A DNA stretch of 64,000 nt, taken from positions 7,802-71,801 of the forward strand of contig DATFRI010000055.1 of assembly GCA_035263405.1 (NCBI GenBank), written 5' to 3'. Position numbers and translations under genes: made by a program. Below are positions 1 through 10,743 of this stretch, in pieces. Positions within the stretch are counted from its first letter, which is position 1. The number at the start of each line of letters is the position of its first letter. The notes below the pieces were generated by a model that ran no database searches, had not been told where the DNA came from, and was given only the letters and a program-made list of their open reading frames with translations. This stretch comes from Actinomycetes bacterium (GTDB lineage: Bacteria; Actinomycetota; CALGFH01).

Positions 1-974
1 CCGAGGCGCGCGCGAAGGCCGAGGCGATCCTCGGCATGGACATCAAGGGGCACGTCGTCCGGCGCGTGCTGGTGGAGCAGGCCAGCGACATCGCCGCCGA
101 GTACTACCTTTCGATCCTGCACGACCGTGCCGGCAAGGGCCTGCTGATCCTGGCGTCCGCCGAGGGCGGCGTCGAGATCGAGGAGGTCGCGGCCGAGCGC
201 CCCGGGGCGATCGTGCGGGTGCCGGTCAACCCGCTGATCGGGCTGCGCCCCTACCACGTCGACCAGGTGCGCTACGGGATCGGCTTCCCGCCCGCGGCGC
301 GCGAGGGCTTCGGCGAGCTGCTCACCAGGCTGTTCGCGCTGCTGCGCGCGGCCGACTGCACCCTGGTGGAGGTGAACCCGCTGATCCTCACCACCGGTGG
401 CGGGGTCGTCGCGCTCGACGGCAAGGTGACGCTGGACGACGCCGCCATGTTCCGCCACCCGGAGTTCGAGCAGCTCCGCGACACGTTCGCCCCCGACGAG
501 CAGGAGCGCATGGCCAAGGAGCGCGGGCTGCAGTACGTCAAGCTCGACGGCGAGGTCGGCATCATCGGCAACGGCGCGGGCCTGGTGATGAGCACGCTGG
601 ACGTCGTCGCCGCCGCAGGCGGGAAGGCGGCCAACTTCCTCGACATCGGCGGGGGGGCGTCCGCGGAGACGATGACCGCCGGGCTGGAGGTCATCCTCTC
701 CGACCCCAAGGTCCGCAGCGTCCTGGTCAACATCTTCGGGGGCATCACCCGCGGCGACGTGGTGGCGCGCGGCGTGCTCGACGCGCTCGACCGCCTGGGC
801 GACCGGGTGCGGGTCCCGCTGGTCGTGCGCCTGGACGGGACCAACGCCGAGCAGGGCCGGGACCTGCTCGCCACCGCGCCGAGCGACAAGGTGGTCCCGG
901 CCAGGACCATGCTCGGCGCCGCCGCCAAGGCGGTCGAGCTGGCGCACGCCGGCCGCGCCGCGCCGCAGCCCTGA
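1..974 (+). CDS. sucC: succinate--CoA ligase beta subunit (5' end lies outside the window)
   Basis: The frame of ORF 36..974 stays open back to the window edge. The translation ([39 protein letters not shown]) is the C-terminal part of SucC. sucD follows 64 nt downstream. Confidence 0.93.
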   Translation, partial: EARAKAEAILGMDIKGHVVRRVLVEQASDIAAEYYLSILHDRAGKGLLILASAEGGVEIEEVAAERPGAIVRVPVNPLIGLRPYHVDQVRYGIGFPPAAREGFGELLTRLFALLRAADCTLVEVNPLILTTGGGVVALDGKVTLDDAAMFRHPEFEQLRDTFAPDEQERMAKERGLQYVKLDGEVGIIGNGAGLVMSTLDVVAAAGGKAANFLDIGGGASAETMTAGLEVILSDPKVRSVLVNIFGGITRGDVVARGVLDALDRLGDRVRVPLVVRLDGTNAEQGRDLLATAPSDKVVPARTMLGAAAKAVELAHAGRAAPQP

Positions 975-1038
975 CCCGTCACACCGCGGCCCACCGCCGC
1001 GGCCCGACCCCGCCGGCCCGACCCAGGAGCACCTCGCC

Positions 1039-1935
1039 ATGGCCATCCTCGTCGACACGAACACGAGGCTCGTCGTCCAGGGCCTCACCGGCCGTGAGGG
1101 CCGCTTCCACGCACTGCGCAACCGCGCCTACGGCACCAACGTCGTGGCCGGGGTGACCCCCGGCAAGCAGGGTCAGGACGTCGAGGGGATCCCGGTGTTC
1201 AACACCGTCGCCGCGGCGGTCGCCGAGACGGGGGCCGACACCTCGCTGATCTTCGTCCCCGCGCGCTTCGCGGTCGACGCGCTCTACGAGGCCGTCGACG
1301 CGGGCATCGGCACGGTCGTGCTGATCACCGAGAACATCCCGGTGCTGGACATGACCGCCGCCTACAACTACGTGCGCGCGCGCGGCGCGACCCTGATCGG
1401 CCCCAACTGCCCGGGGGTCATCTCCCCGGGCAGGGCCAACGTCGGCATCATCCCGGGCGAGATCACCGTCGAGGGCCCCGTGGGGCTCGTGTCACGCTCG
1501 GGCACGCTCACCTACCAGGTGATGTCCGAGATGGCCGCCGCGGGCGTCGGCCAGACGACCTGCGTGGGCATCGGCGGCGACCCGGTGGTCGGCTCCAGCT
1601 TCATCGACGTCCTCGGCCGCTTCGAGGCCGACCCCGAGACCGAGGCCGTGGTCATGATCGGCGAGATCGGCGGCGAGGAGGAGGAGCAGGCCGCGCGCCA
1701 CGTCGCCGAGCGGATGGCCACGCCCGTGGTCGCCTACATCGCCGGGTTCGAGGCGCCCCCCGGCAAGCGCATGGGCCACGCCGGGGCGATCATCTCCGGG
1801 TCCTCGGGCACCGCGCAGGCCAAGGCCGAGGCGCTCGAGGCCGCTGGCGTGCGCGTCGGCCGCAGCCCGACCGAGACCGCCGAGCTGGCGGTCGCGGTGA
1901 TAAAGGAACGTGGCGGCCCCACCGCCGCCCGGTGA
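1039..1935 (+). CDS. sucD: succinate--CoA ligase alpha subunit
   Basis: 298-aa ORF with an SD-like caggag upstream. [15 protein letters not shown] and the phosphohistidine loop [13 protein letters not shown] are typical of SucD. Confidence 0.95.
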   Translation: MAILVDTNTRLVVQGLTGREGRFHALRNRAYGTNVVAGVTPGKQGQDVEGIPVFNTVAAAVAETGADTSLIFVPARFAVDALYEAVDAGIGTVVLITENIPVLDMTAAYNYVRARGATLIGPNCPGVISPGRANVGIIPGEITVEGPVGLVSRSGTLTYQVMSEMAAAGVGQTTCVGIGGDPVVGSSFIDVLGRFEADPETEAVVMIGEIGGEEEEQAARHVAERMATPVVAYIAGFEAPPGKRMGHAGAIISGSSGTAQAKAEALEAAGVRVGRSPTETAELAVAVIKERGGPTAAR

Positions 1936-1944
1936 CGGCCGCGT

Positions 1945-2532
1945 TCAGCCGTTCGCGAACCGGGAGGCCGCCCAGGCGAGCACGAAGACGCCGATGACGA
2001 TGTCGGCGACCCCGATGACGCGCGCGGCGACGACCAGGCCCTCCCCGGTGACCTGGCCGCCGGACTGGTCGACCCGCCGCTTGGCGCTGGCGGCCAGGAA
2101 GAGCGCCACCGGCCCGAGGACAATCTGGCAGATGAACAGCCCGACGACCGCGACCACCAGCGCGATGGTCGCGGTGGGCTCGGTCTGCTGCTGAGGGCCG
2201 TAGCCGGGCGGTCCGCCGGGATACCCCGGTCCGTACCCCGCGGGCGGTGGCCCGTAGCCCTGCGCCCCGTACCCCGGCGGCTGCTGCGGCCAGGCCGGCG
2301 GCGGCTGCCCGTACCCGGGCGGGGCCGGCTGGGACCACGGCGGCGGCTGCCCGTACCCGGCGGGGGGCTGCCCGTAGCCTGGCTGCCCGTACCCGGGTGG
2401 CGGCTGCCCGTATCCGGGCGGGGGCGGCTCGGGCCAGGGGGCCTGCGGAGGTGGCTCGTACCCGCCGGGCGGCGTCCCCGGAGCGCCCGGCGGCGGCTGG
2501 TCCCGCTGGCCGGGGTCGTGGTCCTGACTCAT
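1945..2532 (-). CDS. proline-rich membrane protein with a DUF4190-like C-terminal two-TM module
   Basis: 195-aa ORF whose ATG follows GGGGGGA. About 115 N-terminal residues are PPGYGQ-type repeats. The C-terminus (IALVVAVVGLFICQIVLGPVALFLAASAKRR...IVIGVFVLAWA) resembles DUF4190. Codons are GC3-rich. Confidence 0.8.
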   Translation of the reverse strand: MSQDHDPGQRDQPPPGAPGTPPGGYEPPPQAPWPEPPPPGYGQPPPGYGQPGYGQPPAGYGQPPPWSQPAPPGYGQPPPAWPQQPPGYGAQGYGPPPAGYGPGYPGGPPGYGPQQQTEPTATIALVVAVVGLFICQIVLGPVALFLAASAKRRVDQSGGQVTGEGLVVAARVIGVADIVIGVFVLAWAASRFANG

Positions 2533-2589
2533 CGGTCCCCCCGTGGCTCGACGGCTCGGTGCCGGATGAGGACTGCCGACGGGCGGCCG

Positions 2590-3891
2590 TCAGCTCCCGG
2601 TCCTGCCGGCCTCGAACTCCGCGAACTCACCGATCACCGGCAGCTTGTACCGCTGGTTCTGGAACGCCAGTAACAGCAGCCAGACGTGGCCGCCGAGGTA
2701 GACGGCCAGCAGCACCCACAGCAGGTGGGCGATCGGGATGAAGATCAGCCACGCCGTCAGGGTGATGATGAACCCGCTCGCGCCGGCGACCATCTCGAAC
2801 CCGATGCTCTGCCAGGCATGGAAGCGCACGTCGCGGCGCTTGTCGATGGCCAGCAGCGTGATCGCCGTGACCAGCGCGATCACCGGCAGGTACGCGATCG
2901 CGGCGGCCACGTTGCGCGGCAGCCCGCCGCCCGACGCGCGCGCCGGGCGCGTGCCCGACCACCGCGACCCCGGCGGCTCGCCCGGGGGCGGCTGCGCGTC
3001 GCCATATCCGCTCCAGTCCGCCGGCGGCTGGCCACCGTACGCGGGCGGTGGGGGAGACCCGTACGGGTCCCCGGTCCCGTAGTGGTCCCCGGCGCCGTAC
3101 GGCTCGGGCGGTGGCTGCCCGTAGCCCCGCTGGTCCGCCGGCTGCTGCGGCGGGAAGGCGGAGGCGGGGTAGTCCTGGCCGCCCGGCGGCGCGGCGGCTG
3201 CGCCGGGCGGCCCGAACCCGCCGCGCGGCTCCTGGTAGTCGCGCTCGCCGGGGGTGCCGTACGCGTACGGCCCGCCGGTCGGGCGCCGCGGCAGCTCGCC
3301 GGGCTGCGGCAGCTCGCCCGCGGGACCCGCGCCGGTCGCGTCCCAGCCGGCACCGCCGCGGTCGGCCGCCCAGTTGCCGTCGCGCGGCGGGGGCGTGGCC
3401 CGGTCCGCCGGGCCGCCCGGATACCACTGCGGCGGCTGCCAGGCGCTGTCCGGTCCGGCCGGCGCCGGCGGCATGGCGGCGTCGGCGCCCGACGGCCCGC
3501 CGGCCGCCTGGTCCCGCTGGTGCAGGCCCCGGTAGTGGTCCTCCGGCCCGAGGTGGCCGTAGCCGAGCTGATCGGGGACCTGGGGCTCGGAGCCCGGGGG
3601 AGAACCCGGGGGAGAACCCGGGGGCTGCTCGGTGACGCGGTCGAAGGCGCGCTGCCCGGGTGGCAGCTCGAGGTCCTGCGGGAGCGCCCAGCGCTCCGGC
3701 GAGGCCCACTCGGTGTCCTGCCGGCTCGGCCGCCGTGGCAGGCTCGAGCCGAGCCCGTACGCGTCGGTGTCGTCCTGTGGACCGCCCTCCTGGTCGGGCG
3801 TTGCGCGCTCGACCCCGCGCCAGCGCTCTGTCAGCTCTCCATCCGGGGCGACCGGCCACCCCTCCCGCTGCGGCATCCGCTCGTCGTTCAC
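2590..3891 (-). CDS. Pro/Gly-rich membrane protein with a DUF4870-like C-terminal domain
   Basis: 433-aa ORF with a GTG start 5 nt after GGGAGGA. About 320 aa are P/G/Y/Q/D-rich low complexity. They are followed by AIAYLPVIALVTAITLLAIDKRRDVRFHAWQSIGFEMV... and further TM helices. Confidence 0.8.
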   Translation of the reverse strand: MNDERMPQREGWPVAPDGELTERWRGVERATPDQEGGPQDDTDAYGLGSSLPRRPSRQDTEWASPERWALPQDLELPPGQRAFDRVTEQPPGSPPGSPPGSEPQVPDQLGYGHLGPEDHYRGLHQRDQAAGGPSGADAAMPPAPAGPDSAWQPPQWYPGGPADRATPPPRDGNWAADRGGAGWDATGAGPAGELPQPGELPRRPTGGPYAYGTPGERDYQEPRGGFGPPGAAAAPPGGQDYPASAFPPQQPADQRGYGQPPPEPYGAGDHYGTGDPYGSPPPPAYGGQPPADWSGYGDAQPPPGEPPGSRWSGTRPARASGGGLPRNVAAAIAYLPVIALVTAITLLAIDKRRDVRFHAWQSIGFEMVAGASGFIITLTAWLIFIPIAHLLWVLLAVYLGGHVWLLLLAFQNQRYKLPVIGEFAEFEAGRTGS

Positions 3892-3956
3892 CTGATCCTC
3901 CCGACCCAGCTGCCCGCCAGCCCGCGTGCGCCCCCCCTTACACTACCCTGCCGCCG

Positions 3957-4397
3957 TCACCAGAGGGGGGACAGCCACCCGAACCGGGACAACTGCACGA
4001 TCCAGCTCGCCAGCGCCAGCGCGGCGACCAGCAGCCGCACCCGCCGCTCCGTCGCCAGGGCGAGGGGGCGGGGCGGGGGGAGCCACCCGACCAGCCGGCC
4101 GGCGATGACGACGGTCATGACCGCGGTGCCCAGCGCCAGCAGCAGCAGGAACGGGTTGGCGGCGAGGCTCGCGCCGAGGTCGCCGCGCGCCAGCGCCGTC
4201 GCCGCGGTCGTCATCCCGCAGAGCGGGCAGGGGATCCCGGTGAAGGTCCGCAGGGGGCAGATCGTCCGCAGGCCCGTCGCCTCGCTCACCGCCGGGTAGA
4301 CGACCGCCGCGGCGGCGCACACGAGCCCCGTCAGCGCCAGCCGCTCGGGCACCGAGCGCGGGCGCCAGGCGGTCCGGGTCGCGAGCGCGGGCGGCAT
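3957..4397 (-). CDS. DUF2752-like membrane protein
   Basis: The internal ATG at 4397 of ORF 3957..4862 lies 1 nt after the stop of the upstream gene. The 146-aa product has the CPLRTFTGIPCPLCGMTTA motif typical of DUF2752 plus TM helices. The upstream part of the long ORF overlaps the better-supported gene 4399..4881 in another frame. Confidence 0.75.
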   Translation of the reverse strand: MPPALATRTAWRPRSVPERLALTGLVCAAAAVVYPAVSEATGLRTICPLRTFTGIPCPLCGMTTAATALARGDLGASLAANPFLLLLALGTAVMTVVIAGRLVGWLPPPRPLALATERRVRLLVAALALASWIVQLSRFGWLSPLW

Positions 4398-4398
4398 C

Positions 4399-4881
4399 TC
4401 AGCGCACCGTGCTGCCGAAGAGCGTGATCCCGAAGATGAGCCCCAGGAGGCCGAGCGGGAGGATGCACAGGTGCACCCAGGCGACCCAGCGGGCGGCGGT
4501 GACCAGGCCGAGTCCCGTGAGGGCTCCGCCGGCCGCGTCGATCTTGGCCTTGGCGCCGCCCGCGATCGCCAGGGCGGCGATCGCGGCGAGCACCGGGCAG
4601 ACCAGCCAGGCGGAGATCGCCACCACCAGCGCGACGACCGCCGAGGACTCCAGCTGCGGCCGGAAGCCGAACCCGGGGGGGACCGGCTGCCCGTAGGGCA
4701 CGGACGGCGCCGCGGCCGGCCGCAGGGACGGCAGCGGCGGCAGGGCCGGTCCGCGCTCCTGGTAGCCCCCCGGAGGCGTGAGCTGCTGGGCCGGTGGGCG
4801 TGCAGGGACGACCTGCTCGGTGTCCTCCCCTGCCGGCCAGGACTCCGAACGGCGGTCGTCACCCGGCTGCTGCTCGGCCAT
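4399..4881 (-). CDS. proline-rich membrane protein, DUF4190-like
   Basis: 160-aa ORF whose ATG follows GGGAGGG. A Pro-rich N-terminus is followed by VVALVVAISAWLVCPVLAAIAALAIAGGAKAKID...LGLLGLIFGITLF. The architecture matches gene 1945..2532. Confidence 0.8.
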   Translation of the reverse strand: MAEQQPGDDRRSESWPAGEDTEQVVPARPPAQQLTPPGGYQERGPALPPLPSLRPAAAPSVPYGQPVPPGFGFRPQLESSAVVALVVAISAWLVCPVLAAIAALAIAGGAKAKIDAAGGALTGLGLVTAARWVAWVHLCILPLGLLGLIFGITLFGSTVR

Positions 4882-5153
4882 CTGGCCCTCCCGCGGCGGG
4901 TCGCGGTGCCTCCCGACGCGGCCGCGTGAAGCTGTCCGCGACGCCTTCGTTCGTCGGCGTCCGCCTGCGGTCAGGCGGCATCGCGAACAGCGTCAGTGAA
5001 GCACAGCGCGCAAACCGGCTTCAACGAGTCGACCACTTCGGCCGGCCGCGCGGCGGGGTCGAGGGGCTGCTTGCCGGCCGCGCCGGCGGGTGGAAGCATT
5101 CCCGCCGGGGGTGGAGGCACCGGACCCGAGGAGGAACGGCGGACGGATCGCGC

Positions 5154-5804
5154 GTGGCCGTGCTCGCGTCGGGGTGCGGCTCGAACCTGGAAGCGCTACT
5201 GGAGCGGACCCGGCGCGACCCTGCCGCAGGGCTCGAGGTCGTGCTGGTGGCCAGCGACCGGCCGGACGCCCGCGCGCTCCAGGTCGCCCGCGGCGCCGCG
5301 ATCGCGACCGCGGTGGTCGCGCCCGGCGACCACCCGGACCGCCCCGCGTTCGACCGGGCGCTGCGGGACCGGGTGCGCGCATCCGCGCCCGACGTCGTCT
5401 GCCTCGCCGGCTTCATGCGCATCCTCGGCCCCGACTTCGTCCGGGCGTTCCCCGACCGCATCGTCAACACCCACCCCAGCCTGCTGCCCGCGTTCCGGGG
5501 CGCGCACGCCGTCCGCGACGCGCTCGCCTACGGGGTCAAGGTGACCGGCTGCACCGTCCACCTGGTCGACGAGGAGGTCGACCACGGTCCGGTCCTGCTC
5601 CAGGCGCCGGTCGAGGTCCTCGCCGGCGACGACGAGGCCAGCCTGCACGCGCGCATCAAGGCGGTGGAGCACCGCCTGCTCCCCGAGGCGGTCCGGCTGG
5701 TCGCCCACGGCCGGGTCGCCCTGGACGGTCGCCGCGCGCGCCTGCTGCCGCCGCGCGCCGGCCGGCCGGAGGCCCCGCAGGCGCTCAGGCCCACCGGAGG
5801 TTGA
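5154..5804 (+). CDS. purN: phosphoribosylglycinamide formyltransferase
   Basis: The longest ORF starts at 4794, but homology begins at VAVLASGCGSNLEALL, so I chose GTG 5154 (GTG 5160 is an alternative). Motifs are NTHPSLLPAFRG and VHLVDEEVDHGP. The stop lies 2 nt before the purH start. Confidence 0.88.
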   Translation: MAVLASGCGSNLEALLERTRRDPAAGLEVVLVASDRPDARALQVARGAAIATAVVAPGDHPDRPAFDRALRDRVRASAPDVVCLAGFMRILGPDFVRAFPDRIVNTHPSLLPAFRGAHAVRDALAYGVKVTGCTVHLVDEEVDHGPVLLQAPVEVLAGDDEASLHARIKAVEHRLLPEAVRLVAHGRVALDGRRARLLPPRAGRPEAPQALRPTGG

Positions 5805-5806
5805 TC

Positions 5807-7375
5807 GTGTCCGACCGCAAGCCGATCCGCCGCGCGCTGCTGTCCGTGTGGGACAAGACCGGCGTCGCCGACCTCGCCCGCGCGGCGCACGCCGCCGGGG
5901 TCGAGCTGGTCTCGACCGGCTCCACCGCCGACGCCGTCGCCCGGCTCGGCCTGCCGGTGACAACGGTCGAGCAGGTCACCGGGGCACCGGAGATGCTCGG
6001 CGGCCGGGTCAAGACCCTGCACCCTCGCGTCCACGCGGGCCTGCTCGCCGACGTGCGCGACCCGGCGCACGCCCGCCAGCTCCAGGCGCACGGGATCGCC
6101 CCGTTCGACCTGGTGGTGTGCAACCTGTACCCGTTCGAGCGCACGGTCGCCGACCCCGCCGCCGGCCAGGCGCAGGCGCTGGAGCGGATCGACGTGGGCG
6201 GCCCCGCGATGCTCCGCGCCGCCGCCAAGAACTTCGCGAGCGTCGCGGTGGTCTGCGACCCGGCCGACTACCCGCAGCTCCTGGCCGCCCTGGAGGCGGG
6301 CGGCACGACGCTCGCCGAGCGCCGGGCGCTGGCGGCCAGGGCGTTCGCGCGCACGGCCGCGTACGACGCGGCGATCGCGGCCTGGTTCGCCCGCGACGGG
6401 GAGGACGTGGAGGGCGGCGGCCTGCCCGCGCGCCTGGACCTCCGCGCCGAGCGCGCGCAGCCGCTGCGCTACGGCGAGAACCCCCACCAGCGCGCCGCGT
6501 TCTACCGCACCCCGGCGCCGGGCGCCCCGGGCCCGTGGGGGCTCGGGGCCGCGCGGCAGCTCGCCGGCAGGGAGCTGTCGTACAACAACCTGCTGGACGC
6601 CGACGCCGCCCTCGGCGTCGTCCGCGAGTACGCCGGCCGGCCGTTCGCGGTGATCGTCAAACACACCAACCCCTGCGGCGCGGCGCTCGGCGCGACCCTG
6701 GCGCAGGCCTACGAGCGCGCGCTCGCCGGCGACCCGGTGAGCGCGTACGGCGGGGTGGTGGGGGTGTCCGGGGAGCTGGACGCGGCCACCGCCGAGCGGA
6801 TCGCCGGGATCTTCACCGAGGTCGTCCTCGCCCCGGCCGTCAGCGACCAGGCCCGCCGGGCGCTCGCCGGCCGGCCGTCGCTGCGCCTGGTCCAGGTGTC
6901 GCCCGAGGTGCCGGAGGGCTGGATCGCGGTGCGCTCGGTGGCCGGCGGCCTGCTCGCCCAGGAGGCCGACCTCGCCGCGCCCGACCCGGGCGGGTGGAAG
7001 CACGTCGCCGGCCCGGCGCCCGACGAGCTGGCGCCCGAGGACCTCGACCTGGCCTGGCGGCTGGTCCGGCACGTCAAATCCAACGCGATCGTGCTGGTCC
7101 GCGACCGCAGCCTGGTCGGGGTCGGGGCGGGGCAGGCCAGCCGGGTCGAGTCGGCCCGGATCGCGGTCGCCAGGGCAGGGGAGCGGGCTCGCGGCGCCGT
7201 CGCCGCGAGCGACGCGTTCTTCCCGTTCCCCGACGGCGTGGAGGAGCTGGCCGCCGCCGGCGTGCAGGCGATCGTGCAGCCGGGCGGCAGCGTCCGCGAC
7301 GACGCCGTCGCGGCCGCCGCGGAGGCGGCCGGCGTGACGATGCTGCACACCGGCCGGCGCCACTTCCGCCACTGA
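5807..7375 (+). CDS. purH: bifunctional AICAR transformylase / IMP cyclohydrolase
   Basis: GTG 5807 follows GGAGG (5796-5800). The 522-aa product starts SDRKPIRRALLSVWDKTG and contains GGRVKTLHPRVHAGLL, NLYPF and VGVGAGQASRVES. The upstream part of ORF 5090..7375 overlaps purN in another frame. Confidence 0.93.
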   Translation: MSDRKPIRRALLSVWDKTGVADLARAAHAAGVELVSTGSTADAVARLGLPVTTVEQVTGAPEMLGGRVKTLHPRVHAGLLADVRDPAHARQLQAHGIAPFDLVVCNLYPFERTVADPAAGQAQALERIDVGGPAMLRAAAKNFASVAVVCDPADYPQLLAALEAGGTTLAERRALAARAFARTAAYDAAIAAWFARDGEDVEGGGLPARLDLRAERAQPLRYGENPHQRAAFYRTPAPGAPGPWGLGAARQLAGRELSYNNLLDADAALGVVREYAGRPFAVIVKHTNPCGAALGATLAQAYERALAGDPVSAYGGVVGVSGELDAATAERIAGIFTEVVLAPAVSDQARRALAGRPSLRLVQVSPEVPEGWIAVRSVAGGLLAQEADLAAPDPGGWKHVAGPAPDELAPEDLDLAWRLVRHVKSNAIVLVRDRSLVGVGAGQASRVESARIAVARAGERARGAVAASDAFFPFPDGVEELAAAGVQAIVQPGGSVRDDAVAAAAEAAGVTMLHTGRRHFRH

Positions 7376-7441
7376 CGCCCGGCTCCCTTCGCTGGCCCGG
7401 GCGCCGCGGTGACATCCTCGGCGGCGTGGAAAGGAGCGCCG

Positions 7442-8305
7442 ATGACCGCACGGGCACTGGACGGGAGGGCCGCCGCCGCGGAGATCCGCCGCGAGCTGGC
7501 CGTGGAGGCGGAGCGCCTGGCCGGGTTGGGCCGGCGGCCCTGCCTGGCGGCGGTGCTGGTCGGCGACGACGAGCCGTCGCACATCTACGTCCGCGCCAAG
7601 CAGCGCGCCGCGGAGGCGACCGGGCTGGTGTCGCGGCGCGAGCACCTGCCCGCCGACGCGACCCAGACCGAGGTGCTGGACGCCGTGGCCGCGCTCAACG
7701 CCGACCCGGCCGTCCACGGGATGATCGTGCAGCTCCCGCTGCCCGCCGGGCTGGACCCCGTGCAGGTGCAGGAGGCGATCGACCCGGCCAAGGACGTGGA
7801 CGCGCTGCACCCGGTCAACGAGGGGCGGCTGCTGCGCGGCGACCCGGCGGTGCTGCCGTGCACGCCGGCGGGCATCCTGGAGCTGCTGCGGCGCGAGAAG
7901 GTGCAGGTCGAGGGCGCCCACGTGGTGGTCGTCGGCCGCGGCCTGCTGGTCGGCCGCCCGCTCGCGCTGATGCTCGCCGCCAAGCGGCCCGGCGCCAACG
8001 CGACCGTGACCCAGTGCCACACCGGCACGCGCGACCTCGCGCGCCACACGCGCGCGGCGGACGTGCTGGTGGTCGCCGCCGGGCGGCGCGCCCTGGTGAC
8101 CCCGGACATGGTGGCGCCGGGCGCGGCGGTCGTCGACGCCGGGCAGCACCGCACCCCGGAGGGCCTGCGCGGGGACGTGGACCCGGCCGTCGTCGAAGTC
8201 GCCGGCGCGCTCACGCCCGTGCCCGGCGGGGTCGGCCCGATGACCGTGGCGATGCTGCTGGCCAACACCGTCGGCGCCGCCGGGCGCGCCGCCGACACCG
8301 CCTGA
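7442..8305 (+). CDS. folD: bifunctional methylenetetrahydrofolate dehydrogenase / methenyl-THF cyclohydrolase
   Basis: ATG 7442 follows GAAAGGAG. The product contains [28 protein letters not shown] and [15 protein letters not shown], typical of FolD. Confidence 0.93.
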   Translation: MTARALDGRAAAAEIRRELAVEAERLAGLGRRPCLAAVLVGDDEPSHIYVRAKQRAAEATGLVSRREHLPADATQTEVLDAVAALNADPAVHGMIVQLPLPAGLDPVQVQEAIDPAKDVDALHPVNEGRLLRGDPAVLPCTPAGILELLRREKVQVEGAHVVVVGRGLLVGRPLALMLAAKRPGANATVTQCHTGTRDLARHTRAADVLVVAAGRRALVTPDMVAPGAAVVDAGQHRTPEGLRGDVDPAVVEVAGALTPVPGGVGPMTVAMLLANTVGAAGRAADTA

Positions 8306-8315
8306 GCGGTCGGGG

Positions 8316-9440
8316 TCAGCCGCGCCGGTCGGGAGGCACCCAGGCGCGCGACCCGGGGCCGATGTACTCCGAGCTGGGACGGATCAGCCGGTTGTCGGCG
8401 TACTGCTCGCGGATGTGGGCGGTCCAGCCGGCCATGCGCGCGATCGCGAACATCGCCGTGAACAGGTCGGTGGGGATGCCCATCGCCGAGTAGATCCCGC
8501 CGGTGTAGAAGTCCACGTTGGGGTACAGGCCCTTCTCGGCGAGCACGACCTCCTGGATCCGCTGGGAGATCTCGTACAGGTGGGGCATGCCGGCCTGCTT
8601 GGTGAGCCGCTCGGCGATCACCTTGAGCACCTCGGCGCGCGGGTCCCAGGTCCTGTAGACGCGGTGGCCGAAGCCCATGATCTTCTGCCTGCGCGCCAGC
8701 CGGTCCTTGACGTAGCCCTCGGCGCGGTCGGGGGTGCCGATCTCCTCGAGCATCCGCCGGGTCGCCTCGATCGCGCCGCCGTGCAGCGGCCCCTGCAGCG
8801 CGGCGACCGCGGCGGTCACCGAGGCGTGCATGTCGGCCAGCGTCGCGGCCGCGACCCGGCCGGCGAACGTCGAGGCGTTGAGGGTGTGGTCGGCGTAGAG
8901 GATGAACACCACGTCCAGGTCGTGGGCCAGCGCCGGGTCGGGCGCCTGGCCGTGCAGGGCGAACAGGAAGCCCGCGGCCAGGCCGAGGTCCTCGCCGGGC
9001 GCCAGCGCCCCGGTCCCGCCGCGCAGGCGGCCGTAGCCCGCGACGATCTGCGGGGTCTGGGCGACCAGGCGGTAGGACTTGCGCAGGTTCGCCCCGTCGG
9101 AGTCGTCCTTGCCGTCGGGGTCGTGCGCCTGCGCGGCGGAGACCGCCGTGCGCAGCACGCTCATCGCGCTCATCTCCGGCGCGATCGAGGTGATCAGGTC
9201 CACCAGGAACGGGCTGAGGCGCCGCTCGGCGGCGAGGGTGGCGCGGATCTGCGCCAGGTCGCGGGCGCTCGGCAGCTCCGCGTGGTGCAGCAGGTGGACG
9301 ACCTCCTCGAAGGTCGAGTGCTCGGCGAGGTCGCGGATGTCGTAGCCGGCGTAGCTGAGCCGGCCGTTCCTGCCGTCGATCTCCGAGATCCGGGTCTGCG
9401 CGGCAACGGCTCCCTCGAGCCCCTTCTTGGTCTCTGCCAT
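8316..9440 (-). CDS. citrate synthase (short, CitA-like form)
   Basis: The internal ATG at 9440 of ORF 8316..10928 gives a 374-aa product [23 protein letters not shown]... with [16 protein letters not shown] and GFGHRVY. Confidence 0.92.
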   Translation of the reverse strand: MAETKKGLEGAVAAQTRISEIDGRNGRLSYAGYDIRDLAEHSTFEEVVHLLHHAELPSARDLAQIRATLAAERRLSPFLVDLITSIAPEMSAMSVLRTAVSAAQAHDPDGKDDSDGANLRKSYRLVAQTPQIVAGYGRLRGGTGALAPGEDLGLAAGFLFALHGQAPDPALAHDLDVVFILYADHTLNASTFAGRVAAATLADMHASVTAAVAALQGPLHGGAIEATRRMLEEIGTPDRAEGYVKDRLARRQKIMGFGHRVYRTWDPRAEVLKVIAERLTKQAGMPHLYEISQRIQEVVLAEKGLYPNVDFYTGGIYSAMGIPTDLFTAMFAIARMAGWTAHIREQYADNRLIRPSSEYIGPGSRAWVPPDRRG

Positions 9441-9620
9441 CCGGCCAGCCTCCGATCCGCCCTTTCCCGGTCCCTCCCGACAGCGTACGTACCCGGCGGC
9501 GGGTACGCGGATACCGTACGGAGCGGCCGCGTAAGCGCAACCCCGCGTTGCGCTGCGCGGCGGCGTGAATGGGTAGGGTGGACCGGGAGCGGCCGAGCGG
9601 TCGACGAGAGGAGTCGGATC

Positions 9621-10700
9621 ATGGCGCACCGCGTCACCTTCATCCCGGGGGACGGGGTGGGGCCGGAGCTGTCGCAGGCGACCCGCCGCGTGCTCGAGGC
9701 CACGGGCGTCGAGTTCGACTGGGACGTCCAGGAGGCCGGGGCCGACGTCATCGACAAGTACGGCACGCCGCTGCCCGCGCCGGTGCTCGACTCCATCCGC
9801 GCCAACGGCGTGGCGATCAAGGGCCCGCTCACCACCCCCATCGGGACCGGCTTCCGCAGCGTCAACGTGGCCCTGCGCAAGGAGCTGGACCTGTTCGCCT
9901 GCCTGCGCCCCTGCCGCTGGTACGAGGGGGTCCGCTCCCGCTACCGGGACGTCGACCTGGTGATCGTGCGCGAGAACCACGAGGACCTGTACGCGGGCAT
10001 CGAGTTCGAGCACGGCACCCCCGAGGCCGCCAAGGTCATCGAGTTCCTCAACTCGATCCAGGCCAAGCGGATCCGCGAGGACTCCGGGATCTCGATCAAG
10101 CCGTTCTCGGTGGCCGGGATCCGGCGCGTGGCCAGGTGGGCGTTCGAGTACGCCCGCGCCAACGGCCGCAAGCGGGTCACCGCGGTGACCAAGGCGAACA
10201 TCATGAAGCACACCGACGGGCTGTTCTACGCGGTCGCGCGCCAGGTGGCGGGGGAGTACCCCGACGTCGAGTACGACGAGTACCTGGTCGACGCGATGTG
10301 CATGCAGCTCGTCGTCCGGCCCGAGGCGTACGACGTGCTGCTGCTGCCCAACCTCTACGGCGACATCGTGTCCGATCTCGCCGCCGGGCTGGTGGGCGGG
10401 CTCGGGGTGGCGCCGGGCGCCAACGTCGGCGACTCGGCGGCCGTGTTCGAGGCGACCCACGGCTCGGCCCCCCGCTACCGCGGCCAGAACAAGGTCAACC
10501 CGATGGCGATGATGCTGTCGGGGATGCTGATGCTGCGGCACCTGGGGGAGCGGGAGGCGGCCGACCGGCTGGAGCGGGCGATCGCCACGGTCATCCGGCA
10601 GGGCCGCAGCGTCACCTACGACATGAAGCCCGACCGCGACGACCCGACCGCGGTCGGCACCAGCCAGGTCGCCGACGCCGTCGTCGCCGAGCTGGCGTGA
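9621..10700 (+). CDS. icd: isocitrate dehydrogenase (isocitrate/isopropylmalate dehydrogenase family)
   Basis: ATG 9621 follows GAGAGGAG. The 359-aa product contains [40 protein letters not shown] and [19 protein letters not shown]. Cofactor specificity cannot be judged from the sequence. Confidence 0.85.
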   Translation: MAHRVTFIPGDGVGPELSQATRRVLEATGVEFDWDVQEAGADVIDKYGTPLPAPVLDSIRANGVAIKGPLTTPIGTGFRSVNVALRKELDLFACLRPCRWYEGVRSRYRDVDLVIVRENHEDLYAGIEFEHGTPEAAKVIEFLNSIQAKRIREDSGISIKPFSVAGIRRVARWAFEYARANGRKRVTAVTKANIMKHTDGLFYAVARQVAGEYPDVEYDEYLVDAMCMQLVVRPEAYDVLLLPNLYGDIVSDLAAGLVGGLGVAPGANVGDSAAVFEATHGSAPRYRGQNKVNPMAMMLSGMLMLRHLGEREAADRLERAIATVIRQGRSVTYDMKPDRDDPTAVGTSQVADAVVAELA

Positions 10701-10743
10701 GCGCGTCCGCGATGCCCGCAGCCCGGGCGGAAAGGCAGTCGCC